A stretch of 64,000 nucleotides of DNA from Chiloscyllium plagiosum (lineage: Eukaryota): positions 2,890,148 to 2,954,147 of the forward strand of contig NC_057733.1 in NCBI RefSeq assembly GCF_004010195.1, read 5' to 3'. The position numbers were made by a program, and so were the translations under genes. The notes under the pieces are model-generated. The model was not told where the DNA came from. It did not search any database and saw only the letters and a list, made by a program, of their open reading frames with translations. Position 1 is the first letter of the stretch; the number at the start of each line of letters is the position of its first letter. Shown piece by piece: positions 39,210 to 51,595 of this stretch.

Positions 39210-39579
39210 CTGGAAAACAGCAAGTGAAAAGAACAAATGAGAGAAACGCACATGATCCAGCAAACTGATAACCAAAACGTTTATTCTCCGGCAAGTTACA
39301 CACATTTTGTCCCTCATTCCTCACTCCCCCAGATAAACTTCTTCAGAGAGACCACCAAATAACCCACTCGGTAGCCTCAGTGCTCCTTAACATTGGAGTT
39401 GCACTGTGACTACTTTCTATTTTGTCCAAAGGCATACAATGGTAAAAACAGGATCTGAAACGAGGATTGACTTTGCTGCTGACACTTAGTCTATAATCCA
39501 ATCAAACCTGGTTATGTTCACCAGGAGCTGGGGGAGGGAAAAGAGAGTGGGGTAGTAGTACCCAACAGAATGAAAAGGG

Positions 39580-40310
39580 CCGAAGTTTGACTGCAGACAT
39601 GTCACGTTTTGGTACAACAAACAGGGGTGGGACTTATACAAGTAATGGGCCTTGGGGTCGTGTTGTATAACAGAGGAATCTCCAGGTTCAGGTACATAAG
39701 TTTGAAGTTTACGTCACATTTAAATAGGGTGGCTTGCCTTCATTGCCCAGTCTTTTCAGCATAGGAGGTGGAAATCATATTGAGGTTGTACAGGACATTG
39801 ATGAGGCCTCCTCTGGAGTACTGTGTCCAGTTCTGGTCACCCAGTTATAGAAAGGATATTAAGAGGTATCAGAAGAGATTTACCAGGATATTTCTGCATA
39901 TGGAAGTTGAGTTATAAAGAAAGCTGGGTTTTTTTTCACTGAACGCAGGAGGTTGAGGGGTGACTTTATAGAGGTTTATACAATCATGAGGGGTATAGAT
40001 AAGGTTAATGGAAGGTTTCCTTTCCCTAGGATGAGGGGTTTCAAGACTAGGGGACACATTTTTAAGGTGAGAGGAGAGAGATTTAAAAGACATGAAGGGC
40101 AAACTTTTTGCAGAGGTGGTTGCGTGTGGAATGAACTTCCTGAAGAACTACTGGATGTGGGCACAATTACAATGTTTAAAAGAAATCTAGATAAGTACAT
40201 GAATAGGAAAGGTCTGGAGGGATATGACCAGGAGCAGGTACATGGATGAGTTTGATTATGTTCGGCATGGACTGGTTGGACCAAAGGTCTATTCAGTGCT
40301 GTGTGACTAT
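39580..40310 (+). mobile_element. CR1 3' fragment in an ATP5PD intron
   Basis: RGDFIEVYTIMRGIDKV...KTRGHIFKVRGERFK. Confidence 0.85.
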
Positions 40311-42175
40311 GTCTCAGAAGTAGAATTTTTCCTAAATAATCCAGTTCCACATAAGGTAGAATCAGATAGGAGTTCACACCATCCAGGGACCCCGGTGGAA
40401 AAATGATTTAGAACAATTAAGTGGGGACATGGATCAGTAATTGCAGTAAAGTGCCCAAACCTCAGTAGCCCATGGGCATTCATGTAATGATGGCCAGAGC
40501 CACAACTCATCACAGCACAACCTATGTGTGAGGGGCCTTATGAAAATTAAGTTAAGCACCGATGGTCGATGCCAATCTCATCTAAAATATAATTATGCAG
40601 AGGGTTAAAAAAATAAGTAGCCGAACAGAAAAAGTCTGATGACCAGAAATGACATAATTATAGTACTTTTAACAACATGTAGTAAAATGCAAATGATTCT
40701 CAGTCACATCACATGGTGAAATAATCAATTTCATGTGCAGTTTCTTGGTTTACCTTCTATTACCATCAATCCTGTGAACCAATATCTCTGTATCAAATCA
40801 CCAAAATGACAACAGCATGAAGTCCACATTAACAACAGAAACATGACCTTGCAAGATTATGCAAGTCAAGGATTGCTTTGCAAACTATTTCCAATGTGAC
40901 CCGGATAACTCTCCCTGCTTCTTAAGGGCAATTAGAGTTGGGTAACAATGTCTGAACTTGCTAGTGACACCCACCCATACATTAAAAAAAACTTTTGAAA
41001 TGAACCTGACCCCAGATATGAGAAAAACAAAACCCTCTTAAAGCAGCAAAACATTTACATTATCAAAGTTGGCTTATATAGATGTAAGTCTTGAGTTTTT
41101 CAAGTACGAACAGCTTGAAGAGGTATATTCTGTCCTGGTATTTTTTATGGCGAGGTTGAAACAGATATATTGAGTGGTCTGCTCAAAGTCAATAAAGTAA
41201 ACCGCTCAGGAGGCCTTAGTTTTTTTTTAAAAAACGGATTGGAAAAATAGAAGTAGCCTGAATGGGTAGGGTCAAGCTCCCAGAGAACCAGGATGTAAGT
41301 TTTAGCTTTCAGTAGCTGTTGGGTTGTGAAAGCTGCTACATCTCTCTTCTTTTGCTACAGCTAAAAGTTTGGGTTTTCTTCCTGCTGCCTGAATTGCATG
41401 AAACATAATCAATGTTACTGAATTTGCCTTTGCCACAGTTGTGCTTTTGGGATGTTATTGTGTTGGAACAGTTAATTAGTAGTTTATTATTTTAAATATT
41501 TCTATAGAGTTACAGTGACTTTTATTTTGTCTGTATTTTAACTGTAGTGTATGAATTAAGCTTGTTTTGCTTCAAGACTGATGGCTTGACCACTCAAATT
41601 GCATCCAGAATGCAAAGTCTGGCACTTGCCTTTAAGATAAGAAAATAAAATTAAAGGCTAGACTATCTCCTTGACACGTTTTGAAGGGGTTTGGACTGGT
41701 CCATAACATTTGCAAAATGTACTTTTATATGCTCATGTAGATTTCAGGCAAACACTCCATATTGTCCAGTGACTGACTAATGATGTTCCTCTCTCCTCAG
41801 AGGCACTATAACCAATGGTATGGGTAGGTGGTGGCCATTGGACACCTGGACAGCAAAGTCGAGAGTAGACCAAGCCAGGGGTGGTGCACAGCAGCAGCTG
41901 CTGCGGAGAACAGAATGTATCAGAGACCATGGCTAGCTGGAATTTGTTGCCTTCTTCCCACAACTGGGGTCTGAGCAGGAGTCCAAAGCCCAGGGGTGGC
42001 TTTTAGATAGGTCTCTTCATCAATAATAGGATGTCAGATAATAGTAGCAGATTTTAGAGAATGTGGCTGAGTGACTGCTGTGTCGGACCGAGCTGGGAAA
42101 AAAATTTGAAGGGATTCTGTGATTCAAAAGTTAAATTCTGTCAAATAGTGGTTATTTCTTCTCCCAGTGCAGTAC

Positions 42176-42238
42176 CTCTTTCTCGTATTTGGAAATCCGA
42201 TCCTTAGAAGCCTGAATGTAGGACTTAGCACTCTTGTC
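42176..42238 (-). CDS. ATP5PD: ATP synthase subunit d, coding exon 4 (DKSAKSYIQASKDRISKYEKE)
   Basis: Acceptor ttattcaacag, donor GAG|GTACTG, 63 nt, phase 0. Confidence 0.93.
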
Positions 42239-42349
42239 CTGTTGAATAAAAAGAAACCATTAACTGAATATAGACCCGGAATCTGATGAGTTGATTTGTC
42301 TGTACAACATGATCAGCTTGTGTGCATACACGAAGGGCCTGCTACTCAC

Positions 42350-42421
42350 AGCTTCTTGCTCCTGGGCATTGATCTTCTCCACTTGGGTGTCAATGGGTTC
42401 TGGAATCGTCACAGCATTATA
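42350..42421 (-). CDS. ATP5PD: ATP synthase subunit d, coding exon 3 (YNAVTIPEPIDTQVEKINAQEQEA)
   Basis: Acceptor ctgaaatag, donor GCT|GTGAGT, 72 nt, phase 0. Confidence 0.93.
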
Positions 42422-43149
42422 CTATTTCAGAGCATAAGAATAGAGGGATAAGAGAGAGAAATTAAAATATCAATCTAAATACTTTCTGCAACTCTCTTGA
42501 CAGTTTTATTTCACCCCTAAACAGATTACCTGAATTACAAGAGGTGATGATGTTGTGGTAATAGTACTGGATTAGAAACCCACCAATGGAATTTGCATTA
42601 AATTAATAACTTTTGTCCAGTGGTGACCATCAATAGCTGTTGCAATATGCATCTGGTTCACCAACATCCTCCAGGGAAGGAAATCTATCATCCATATCTG
42701 GTCTGGCCTAAGGTGACTGCAGGCTAACAATTATGACATAACCACCATCTGAAGTGGTCTAGCTCATCACCAGTTCAAAGACTAAAGGACTGAAGTTGGA
42801 TAGGTGAAGTAGCATCAACTTAGGTGTCAGAAATTAAAACAGCAAACTCAGCCCTAATGACCCTGCAAAATCCTCCATATCAATATCTGGAGACTACTGC
42901 AAAATTGGAGAAGATATGCCACAGACTAGTCAAGCAACAGCTTGAATCATAGAATCATGGCTTAAAGATTCCAAACACCTTTCCATTATCTACCAGTAGG
43001 ACAGACTCAGTGGTAGTGGCACAGTCGTATAGCCAGGAGGGGGTGGCCTTGAGAGTTGTCAACATTGACTCTGGAGCCCATAAAGCCTCATGATATAAAG
43101 TAAAATATGGGCAACAAAATTTCCTGTTGATTATCACTGACTGCCCCCT

Positions 43150-43620
43150 AAGGCCAGTACAGTTTTGGTCACCTTGTTATAGGAAGGATGTTATTAAACT
43201 GGATAGAGTGCAGAAGAATTTTACAAGGATGATGCCTGGACTCAGTGGTCCAGGGAGTAATAGGGAGAGGTTGGACAAGCTAAGACATTTTTTTCTTAGA
43301 GGGTAGGAGACTGAGGGATGACCTTATAGAGGTTTATACGATCATGACAGACATGGATAGGGTGAATACGCTCAGTCTTTTTCCCTTGGGAAAAATTGAG
43401 GACTAGAGGGCATCAGTTTAAGGTTAGAGGCGAAAGAATAAAAAGGAACCTGAGGGGGCAATTATTTTGCACAGAAGGTGGTATGCACATGGTATGCTCG
43501 ACCAGCAGGAGTGGCTGAGGCAGGTACATTATCAACATTTAAAAGGAATTTGGATAAATACATAGATAGAAAACGATTAGAAGGACAGGGACCAAGCGCA
43601 GGGAAGTGGGATAAGCGAGG
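43150..43620 (+). mobile_element. CR1 3' fragment in an ATP5PD intron
   Basis: Typical CR1 ORF2 C-terminal and 3' sequence. Confidence 0.8.
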
Positions 43621-43716
43621 TCATGTTGAAAGAAGATACACAAATGCCATCTTTTGGGTTTTCCTGCCTGTTGAAAGTCCCTCCACACCAAAACAGGTGT
43701 GGCGCTGTTCCATCAC

Positions 43717-43813
43717 CTTCTTTTCAAACTCGTCCACCATACCAGCCTTCATAACCACTTTCCGGTAATAGACCCAGTCAATCGATGGAGGTTTCTCAGA
43801 AAGCGACGTCAAC
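43717..43813 (-). CDS. ATP5PD: ATP synthase subunit d, coding exon 2 (LTSLSEKPPSIDWVYYRKVVMKAGMVDEFEKK)
   Basis: Acceptor cccacag, donor AAG|GTGATG, 97 nt. Contains the PPxIDWxYY motif. Confidence 0.96.
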
Positions 43814-44439
43814 CTGTGGGGAAGCGGAAACAGTCAGCAGGCTATGACCTACAATTAAATACAGATTTTAAAAAGGCATGTTCACCAGGAGAAGGTCTAT
43901 TATTTTGAGAGAATTTTGTACTCAACAGTATGGATCATCAACCTAAAATCTGACCTTTGTTTAGAACAAAGAAAATTTACAGCCCAGGAACAGACCCTTC
44001 GGCCCTCCAAGTCTGAGCCGATCCAAATGTACTGTCTAAAACTGTCGGTCAATTCCTAAGCATTTGTATCCCTCTGCTCCCCACCTACTCATGCATGTGT
44101 CCAGATGGATCTAAAATGAATCCACCGTGCCTGCCTCTACCACGTCTGCTGGCAACGCGTTCCAAACGCCCACCACCCTCTGTGTGAAGTACTTGCTGCG
44201 TGTAAACCCCTTAAACATGCCACTTCTCACTTTGAAAGCATGACCTCTCGTTATTGACCTCTCGTTTCTCTTCCTCTGACTCTAGGGGCTGAAATGCCTA
44301 CCCCTATTTCTTCTTTTCTTATGGACACAGTCTCAATCACCTGCCCTGCAAGCAATGCCAAGAGAGCCTTAATGTGCATCTACACCCTTCTTGTCCCAAT
44401 CCTGGCAGTGTTACATGGAGACAGCATCATGAGAGCTTT

Positions 44440-44830
44440 ACTTGCAACTTTGAAAGAGTAAAGGGAGGCACCTGTACAGTGTCTAACCCCATACAGTCCC
44501 TGTACTGGGAGTATTTGATGCAGACAGTTCAGATGAAACTTTAATTGTGGTTTCACAGGATAGAGGCAAATTTACCCTGTACCTAACATTGGAGTGTCCC
44601 TTTTTTGGAAGTGTTTGATCGGGACAGTTTGGAGGGAGCTTTACCCTGTATGTAACCCCATGTCTTGAGTGTATTTGATGAGGACAATTTCAAGGAAGTT
44701 TTACTTTCAGTTTAAAAGAGTAGAGCTAGTTTTACTCCGTATCTAGCCCTGTGACATAACTGTCCTGAGTGTTCATGGAGACAGTGTAGAGGTGGCTTTA
44801 TGGAGTATCTAATCCTGTGCTGTCAGGAAC
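44440..44830. repeat. Degenerate ~65-70 bp tandem repeat (TTTACTCTGTATCTAACCCC...GTGTTTGATGGGGACAGTGTAGAGGGAGC)
   Basis: Recurring diverged units: gtatttgatg...gacag...ctttac...taaccc. Confidence 0.6.
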
Positions 44831-45283
44831 AGTTGACAGGAGAGATAAGAGGGAGCTCGCTTCTGCCTTTCTAGCAAAATTATAAATCAAAATAGTTATG
44901 TGGGAATTCAGAAGAAATTTCTTTACGGAGTGAGCAGTAAAAACATGGCACTCATCACAATAGAGATCAACTGAGGCGCATGCTATACATATATTTAAGG
45001 GAAGCTAGATCTGAGGGAGAAGAGGAAAAAAGAGAAAAAAAAAGAGTCATGCTGATAGAGCTGGGTGAGGAAGGTTAGGAAGAGGCTCAGGAGGAGCAAT
45101 AACAGCAGCATGAACTGGCTCAGGTGAATTGCTCGTTGCTTGAAGTAGGAAATGTTTCATCTTCAACACCGCTTACATTCAGAGTGAGAAATTATGAAGC
45201 GTCTTTGTTGGCAAATCAGATTTACAACAGATGACATTTTTGTTCCAAAAAATGCTTGTGAACAGAGGTAAGGAGACACTGAC

Positions 45284-45405
45284 CTGCTAGACAGAGCATC
45301 GCTTCGAGTTTTCAGTGCATTAAACATAGCTCTCTGGTTAGGTGGAACACGTTCACCAAATGCCAACCAATCAACAGCTTTCATGGCAACTCGCCGACCA
45401 GACAT
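45284..45405 (-). CDS. ATP5PD: ATP synthase subunit d, coding exon 1 (MSGRRVAMKAVDWLAFGERVPPNQRAMFNALKTRSDALSS-R)
   Basis: ATG at 45405, preceded by acceptor ttctag (exon edge at 45414). Donor AG|GTCAGT. 122 coding nt. Confidence 0.96.
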
Positions 45406-45797
45406 TTTTGCAGTCTAGAAAAGCAGATATTAGAGAGACTGAGATTAGGAACACTCTATTCTGCATTCTGTTCTATTACCCGGATGTACTTATATAAGAT
45501 ATGATTTGTCTGGATAACACACAAAACAATACTTTTCACTGTACATCATGTAAAATAATAAATCAAATCAGTCAGCGTGTTGAAAGATCCTCCACAATTA
45601 TATATCTGTCACAAGTACTGTCACACAAGCTTGATTTACAGCTGCTTTTCAAGATGTTTGAAGCATCATCTTTTGTTTTCTTTCTCCCACGTACCAAACT
45701 ATATCTCTAAAATCTGGAACAAAACCCTACCCTACAACTGTCAAATATCATAAAATCCTCCTGGTTCATGTACCCTTGAGGCAAAGAAATGTGCCAT

Positions 45798-45946
45798 GAG
45801 ATGGAAATGTACAGGAATTCCTGAAGAAGGGCTAATGCCCGAAACGTCGATTCTCCTGTTCCCTAGATGCTGCCTGACCTGCTGCGCTTTTCCAGCAACA
45901 CATTTCCATCTCTGATCTCCAGCATCTGCAGACCTCACTTTCTCCT
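45798..45946 (+). mobile_element. Short Penelope-end insertion with an intact HHR motif and a 16-bp TSD
   Basis: CAAAGAAATGTGCCAT at 45782-45797 and 45947-45962. CTGAAGA-A-GGGC-TAAT-GCCC-GAAA-CGTC at 45821-45848. Confidence 0.85.
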
Positions 45947-46414
45947 CAAAGAAATGTGCCATCCTTACCAAGTCTAGCCTATGTATGACTGCAGATTCAC
46001 AGCAATGTATTTGACTCAACTTGCACCAGGACAAGTAGATATGGGCAATAAAGACCCACAGCAGACAATTTTTTTAAAAAAACTACAGAGCCAGAGATAC
46101 TGGGAATGATACCAACAAGAGCAATAGAACTCAAAAACTTCAAAACCTGTGTTTAAATTTAAAAAGCGTCATCATCAGCACACACATCTGGTATCCTGAC
46201 TTGAAACAATACATTTTACATGACTGGGGCAATTGTACAGGAAATGTATTGTATAACTCTACTATTTATCCGATCACATAACTCAAATTTCATTCCCTTC
46301 CCATTCCTTAAGTGTCCTTTTCACTTATTCGTTGCTTCTCACCCTACCGCCTACACCCACCCCACTGAAAATCATTGTTCTTGTTGTATACAACTCTCTC
46401 CAAATTGGAAATAA

Positions 46415-46890
46415 AGTCATCAAGCAATGACACAGACCCATTGCTCCAATTTGTCCAGGCTGACTAGGTTTCCCAAACCAAAGTAGTCTCCCTTGCCTGG
46501 GTTTGGCCCATATCCCTCTAAACTTTTCTTATTCATGTATCTGTCCAAATGTCTTTTAAACGTTGTAACTGTACTGCATCTACCACTTCTTCTGGCACTT
46601 CATTCCAAATACCATGCTCTTTGTGGAAAAAGTTGCCCCTCAGGTCCCTTTTAAATCTTTCTCCTCTCACCTTCAAACGGTGTCCTCTAGTTTTGAACAC
46701 CCCACCCAAGGGGAAATACCTTTGTTATTCACCTTACGTATGCTCATGATTTTATAAACCTCTCGAAGGTCACCCTTCAGCTTCCAACACTCCAGGGGAA
46801 AAAAAAAGTCCTAGCCTCTTGTTATAACTCAAACCTTTCACGCCCAGTAACATCCGTGCAAATCTTTACAAATTTAATAATATGCTTCCT
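46415..46890 (-). mobile_element. CR1 3' fragment
   Basis: Reverse-complement CR1 3' end (aagttgcccctcaggtcc...ttttataaacctct). Confidence 0.8.
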
Positions 46891-47160
46891 ACTTTACACC
46901 TTTGAAAAATATTCTGCATTTCGGTTAATAGTAGGGACCCTTTTCCCCACATGATATGCACTCACTGAAACTATCTCGCTATCTACGCTGAGGCTTTATG
47001 GGCTCCTTACAGATTACAATCTCACTTAGCCTTGCATTGTCAGCAAACCTGGACAGTTTGTCTAAGCCATGATACGGAAAAGGTTGCCCTCAACACTTGG
47101 TCTCCATCCCTCGGTCCCCCTTCTCACCTACCCCCCTGAAGCAGCCCCACAGCGACTCAC

Positions 47161-47200
47161 TCCTCAATCCGACAAGGACAGCAAAATGGCGAGACGGAAA
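47161..47200 (-). other. ATP5PD: Putative non-coding first exon (5' UTR) of ATP5PD
   Basis: Minus-strand donor GA|GTGAGT at 47160-47155 and a YY1-type GCCATTTT inside the exon. The first coding exon has an upstream acceptor, so a UTR exon is required. The 5' edge is approximate. Confidence 0.7.
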
Positions 47201-47269
47201 CGGAATTACGTCACTGCGACCCCTGGGTAGGCGGAGGTTTGACCCGACACTTCCGGAAATGGCGGCTTG
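47180..47269. promoter_or_regulatory. Bidirectional CpG promoter shared by ATP5PD and KCTD2
   Basis: YY1-like AAAATGGCG (47183-47191) and AAATGGCGGC (~47257-47266). CRE-like TTACGTCA (47206-47213). Overlapping inverted ETS/GABP cores in ACTTCCGGAAAT (47249-47260). Confidence 0.8.
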
Positions 47270-47470
47270 ATGGCGGAGCTGCAGAACGCGGGGCCTCCGG
47301 GCGGTAATGGCGCCAGCGCTCCCGGCTCCGGGGACAAAGCCGCCAACAAATGGGTTCGTCTGAACGTGGGAGGGACGTACTTCGTCAGCACCAAGCAAAC
47401 CCTGTGCAGGGATCCCAAATCCTTCCTGTGCCGCCTGTGCCAGGAGGACCCAGACCTGGACTCGGACAAG
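47270..47470 (+). CDS. KCTD2: BTB/POZ domain protein KCTD2, exon 1
   Basis: MAELQ...[40 protein letters not shown], donor AAG|GTAATG. The six exons total 654 nt = 217 aa + stop. The MAELQ start, the SRM* end and adjacency to ATP5PD favour KCTD2 over KCTD5/17. Confidence 0.95.
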
Positions 47471-48064
47471 GTAATGGCGGTCTCCATGGTGACCCCCCCC
47501 CAACCCCACTGCATTGTCTCCATGGTGATCGGTGGGCAAGCCCCTCTGGACTGGGGTCAGTTTACATGAGAGCCCCATCCACACACTGTGTGTACTCAGG
47601 ACCAGGTGCCACCCTGACTTGTTTGTGTGGCTCTGTGTTTTACTAGATCCAGCACCGTCCTCCCCACTCCTGGTCATCTTGCCAGCAGCAACACATTCTC
47701 TCACCAACTATCTCTGCCCGTGTTTGAACATGGGAACATTTCCTTAGCAGCAATTTCCTCAGGATAACCTGATGGGAGTAAGCACTGACTGGCAGGAAGG
47801 GTGACTACATTCTTGATCATTATCAGATCTTAGTGAAAGATCACCAACAAAAGCCAAAGGGTTCGCAGTCCTCATCCTCATCAACTGTCCCCAATCCCAC
47901 TCAGGTTTTCACCAAACACTGTCATAATTGAAGTTATGCTGTTTGTATGGAAGAAATACGAAATCAAAACATTCTCAGTACATTCAAAGTCTGATTTTGC
48001 ATTGTGTATGATCAATTTGTATTACACTTTATTTTATGTTTTGCTTTTTCTCTATATTTTACAG

Positions 48065-48173
48065 GATGAAACCGGTGCCTACCTAATTGACAGAGACCCA
48101 AGTTACTTTGGGCCGATCCTCAACTACCTGCGACATGGCAAACTGATCATTAACAAGGATTTAGCAGAGGAGG
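48065..48173 (+). CDS. KCTD2: KCTD2 exon 2 ([37 protein letters not shown])
   Basis: Acceptor ttttacag, donor G|GTGAGA, 109 nt. Confidence 0.97.
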
Positions 48174-48257
48174 GTGAGAATTGAAACCTGCTGAAATATA
48201 ACTTAGCATACTGATTGACATTAACATATTGCCAAGGATATTCACTGGACATCATAC

Positions 48258-49120
48258 TTTTTTTTTCCTCAAACTTATACATTATTTATTAAACAAATGT
48301 ATAAATATGCTCAATAACATTTCAAGTTGGACACTTGAGAAAGTACAATACAATTAAAAATCTTCTATACAGCATGTGACAGTCTGAATTGCCTCAGTCC
48401 AAGTTCAATTACACTTGAAGTTTATAATAAATATTCCTTGACAAAGATGCAATGCACGGATTTTACACAATTTTCAATCCTTTAGTTTACTATGGAAGGT
48501 GGACTTTAGACAGTTCTTTTCTCCATTAACTCTTTATGCACTTGTGTCAAGCTTCAGTACATTCCTCAGTTTACAATCTTGGACCTTGTAATGTGCCAGT
48601 CTGCAACATTTAGTTGTGAATGATCTTCTAATGGATAGAGCCAATGTGTTTCAGAAAATTAATAAGTGTAATTCACAAAGTTGATGTCCTCCAGCAGAAT
48701 TTAATGTTTGGCTCTGTGTGCATCCCTGGAACAGCCCATAGCGTGCAGAGTCCTCAGCCACAGTGTTTCTCAAATTGGACCTTGACGATTGCATCTCTCT
48801 CCCGACACCTTCTCTGCAAAGGAACATCCAAAGGAAATGAACGACTGTCTCTTCCTCACCATTGCCTCTCTGGGTAGAGAGAGTGAAACTCCAGGCGTGT
48901 AGGGAAGGATCTGGCAGGGACAGCATTTCTCACCAGATGCCAAGTTATATTTTGGCATTTGTTTAAAACTTTATGCAATGCTCCTCAGGGAACGATATGA
49001 CAGGACCAGTCATCTCCTTTTCAGGCAGAGCATTACAGACATTCTTTGCAGACCACGATATCATAGCTTTGTGGTCAAATATGTTTTACTGCATACAACT
49101 TTCAAGAAGGGACAGCTACA
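48258..49120 (-). mobile_element. L1/Tx1-like LINE 3' fragment with poly(A) tail
   Basis: Poly-T at 48258-48266 next to tttatt. Minus-strand zf-RVT-like EETVVHFLW...YGLF remnants. Confidence 0.6.
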
Positions 49121-49349
49121 TGTTTGAACTGCGAGGTGACAAGTCGCCAGGTGCTGATGGATTTCATCCAAAGGTCTTAAATCTCATTAGATTCAGAGAA
49201 GGTTTCATTAGATTATAAAATGGCTAATTTATCTCCTTTATTCAAAAAGGGAGGGAGGCAGTAGACAGGAAATTATGGGCAAGTTAGCTTAATGTTTGAC
49301 ATAGGCAAAATGTCAGAAGCTATTACTAAAGATGTTATAATAGGGCACT

Positions 49350-49755
49350 TAGAGCCATTGAGATATACAGCACGGAAACGTACACTTCAGTCCAACTTGT
49401 CCATGTTCACCAGATATCCTAAACTGATCTAGCCCTATTTGCGAGCACTTGGCTCATATCCCTCTAAATCTTTCCTATTTATAAACTCATCCAGATACCT
49501 TTTAAATGTTGTAATCACCCTTCTCCTCCACTTCCTCTGGCAGCTCATTCCAACATGAACCACTCTCTGTGTGAAAAAGTTGCCCCTTAGGTCCTTTTTA
49601 AATCTTTCCCATTTCACCCTAAACCTATGCCCTCTAATTTTGGGCTCCCCCAGCCCAGGGAAATTACCTTGTCCATTTACCCTATCCATGCCCCTCATGA
49701 CCTTATAAACCTCTATAAGGTCACCCCTCAGCCTCCGACGCTCCAGGGAAAACAG
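49350..49755 (-). mobile_element. CR1 3' fragment
   Basis: MRGMDRVN...KIRGHRFRVKWERFKKDLRGNFFTQRVV. Confidence 0.85.
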
Positions 49756-51021
49756 CGCGTTGATTTTGAGGAATGATTAATATGTGTCCAGTTCTCAAAG
49801 AGATTGGATTGCATCATGAGAGATCACCAGTCTAGGATTTTATTTACTGATTAGACCAAGACTGTGTTGCACAAGTATAATAGAAAAAGCAAGTGTTCTG
49901 AAAATGGTATTCTAAACACAACATCTGTTGCCATTTGTCTTACATATTTATCTAAAATATGTACATGATTTGAACAATTGTGTAAAATTCTTTATCCTAA
50001 CGCACAAGGCAAATGATCTAGATTGAGGTATCATTATTGCTTGCTCATTGAAAGCGGTGGTTTCACTGTTGAAGTTTGGAGCTTGATTTGGGTTTCTGGT
50101 TTCCTCATGTTGGTAGGGCTGATGGTACTTTGCGTAAATTGCTGCAGAGGATGATGTGGAATAGCTAAAGTGTTAATGATATGAGCTGTGATGTACAGGT
50201 AGATGTCAAGAAGCTGCAGCAAATGAAGAGCTAAACGTTGCAGCTGAGTGCAGAGGCGCATTTCAATATGCGAATGACTCACACTTTGCTTTGTTTTTCA
50301 GAGGATATATGATTTTCCTGCACATTCCCGACTCCACATCTTTTTCTCTCTTCGCGAGTAACGAATACTTAGAGGACAAAACACACTTTCCACTGTGGTT
50401 TTGTATCCATTTTAAATTCTGTTCCATCCTTTGTGCATTTTTGTTTGATGGTGTGGATTTTAGAAACTGAGTAAAACCATATCAGGTTAGAGAGTTTCTG
50501 AAGAAAGTCAAAGGCATGCTGACGAGTCTTAAACATTGTGAGGCCTTCAAATGTCAGTTATGGTCAGTACCTGCACTGACTGAGATTATTGTGACGATCC
50601 TGCCTTCTAGCCCCTTGCTAGTGACTATCAGTTTAAACTTCACCATCAGCCATTCTCAAATGAGAGAGCAGCCCTATGGTCCTCTGAGAGTATGGTGACT
50701 TTACTTATGTTTAGTGCAGTGATTCATTATAGAGGTGGGTTGACCATTACATTGATTAGCATTAAGTGTTAAGACATACCCTGCACTATTGTCTATTTGT
50801 TCACTCAATTAGACTGCCAAAACTGGGTTTAAACAGCTTGGATCGAAAGGTATAAAAGATGATCTGTACCTACTCTCCTCCCATAGGTCAATTTTTTCCC
50901 AAGCATAATACTTGAATTAAAAAGCTGAGTCACAGTTGAGTGAGTAAACTGGTCAGCTATTCTGCTCATAAGACAGTGAAAGGTGAAGGCCACACTTTGA
51001 CATAGCAGATAGGTTTCATTC

Positions 51022-51595
51022 AGGCACTGTGGCTCATTGGTTAGCGCTACTGCCTCACAGCGCCAGGGACCCGGGTTCAATTCTAGCGTCAGATGACTGT
51101 CTGTGTGCTGATTGCACATTCTCTCCATGTCTGTGCGGGTTTCCTTCAGGTGCCATGGTTTCCTCCCACAATCCAAAGCTGTGCGTGTTGGGTGAATCAG
51201 CCATGGTAAATTTCCCATAGTTGAAAATGTGTTGCTGGAAAAGCGCAGCAGGTCAGGCAGCATCCAGGGAACAGGAGAATCGACATTTTGGGCATAAGCC
51301 CTTCTTCCTGAAGAAGGGCTTATGCCCGAAATGTCGATTCTCCTGTTCCCTGGATGCTGCCTGATCTGCTGCGCTTTTCCAGCAACACATTTTCAGCTCT
51401 GATCTCCAGCATCTGCAGACCTCACTTTCTCCTCAAAAATTTCCCATAGTGTCCAGGGATGTACAGGTTGGGTGGATTAGCAATTGGAAATGCAGGGTTA
51501 CAGGGAAAGGGAAGTGGGTTGGTCAGGTGGGATGTTCTTCGGAGGGTTGGTGTGTACTTGATGGGCTAAATGGCTTGTTTCCATACTGTAGGGAT
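51022..51595 (+). mobile_element. HE1-like tRNA SINE with a nested palindromic Penelope-end insertion (51222-51436)
   Basis: A/B-box head GGCACTGTGGCTCATTGGTTAGC...GGTTCAATTC. 14-bp TSD AAATTTCCCATAGT at 51208-51221 and 51437-51450. Confidence 0.88.

Noticed and set aside
47090-47707. 205-aa minus-strand ORF overlapping KCTD2 exon 1
   Set aside because: It is an antisense shadow ORF in GC-rich coding sequence, with no recognisable protein and a non-ATG start.
51022-51095. tRNA-like A/B boxes (also near 12170, 52290, 55895 and 56525)
   Set aside because: These are heads of tRNA-derived SINEs followed by the SINE body, not tRNA genes.
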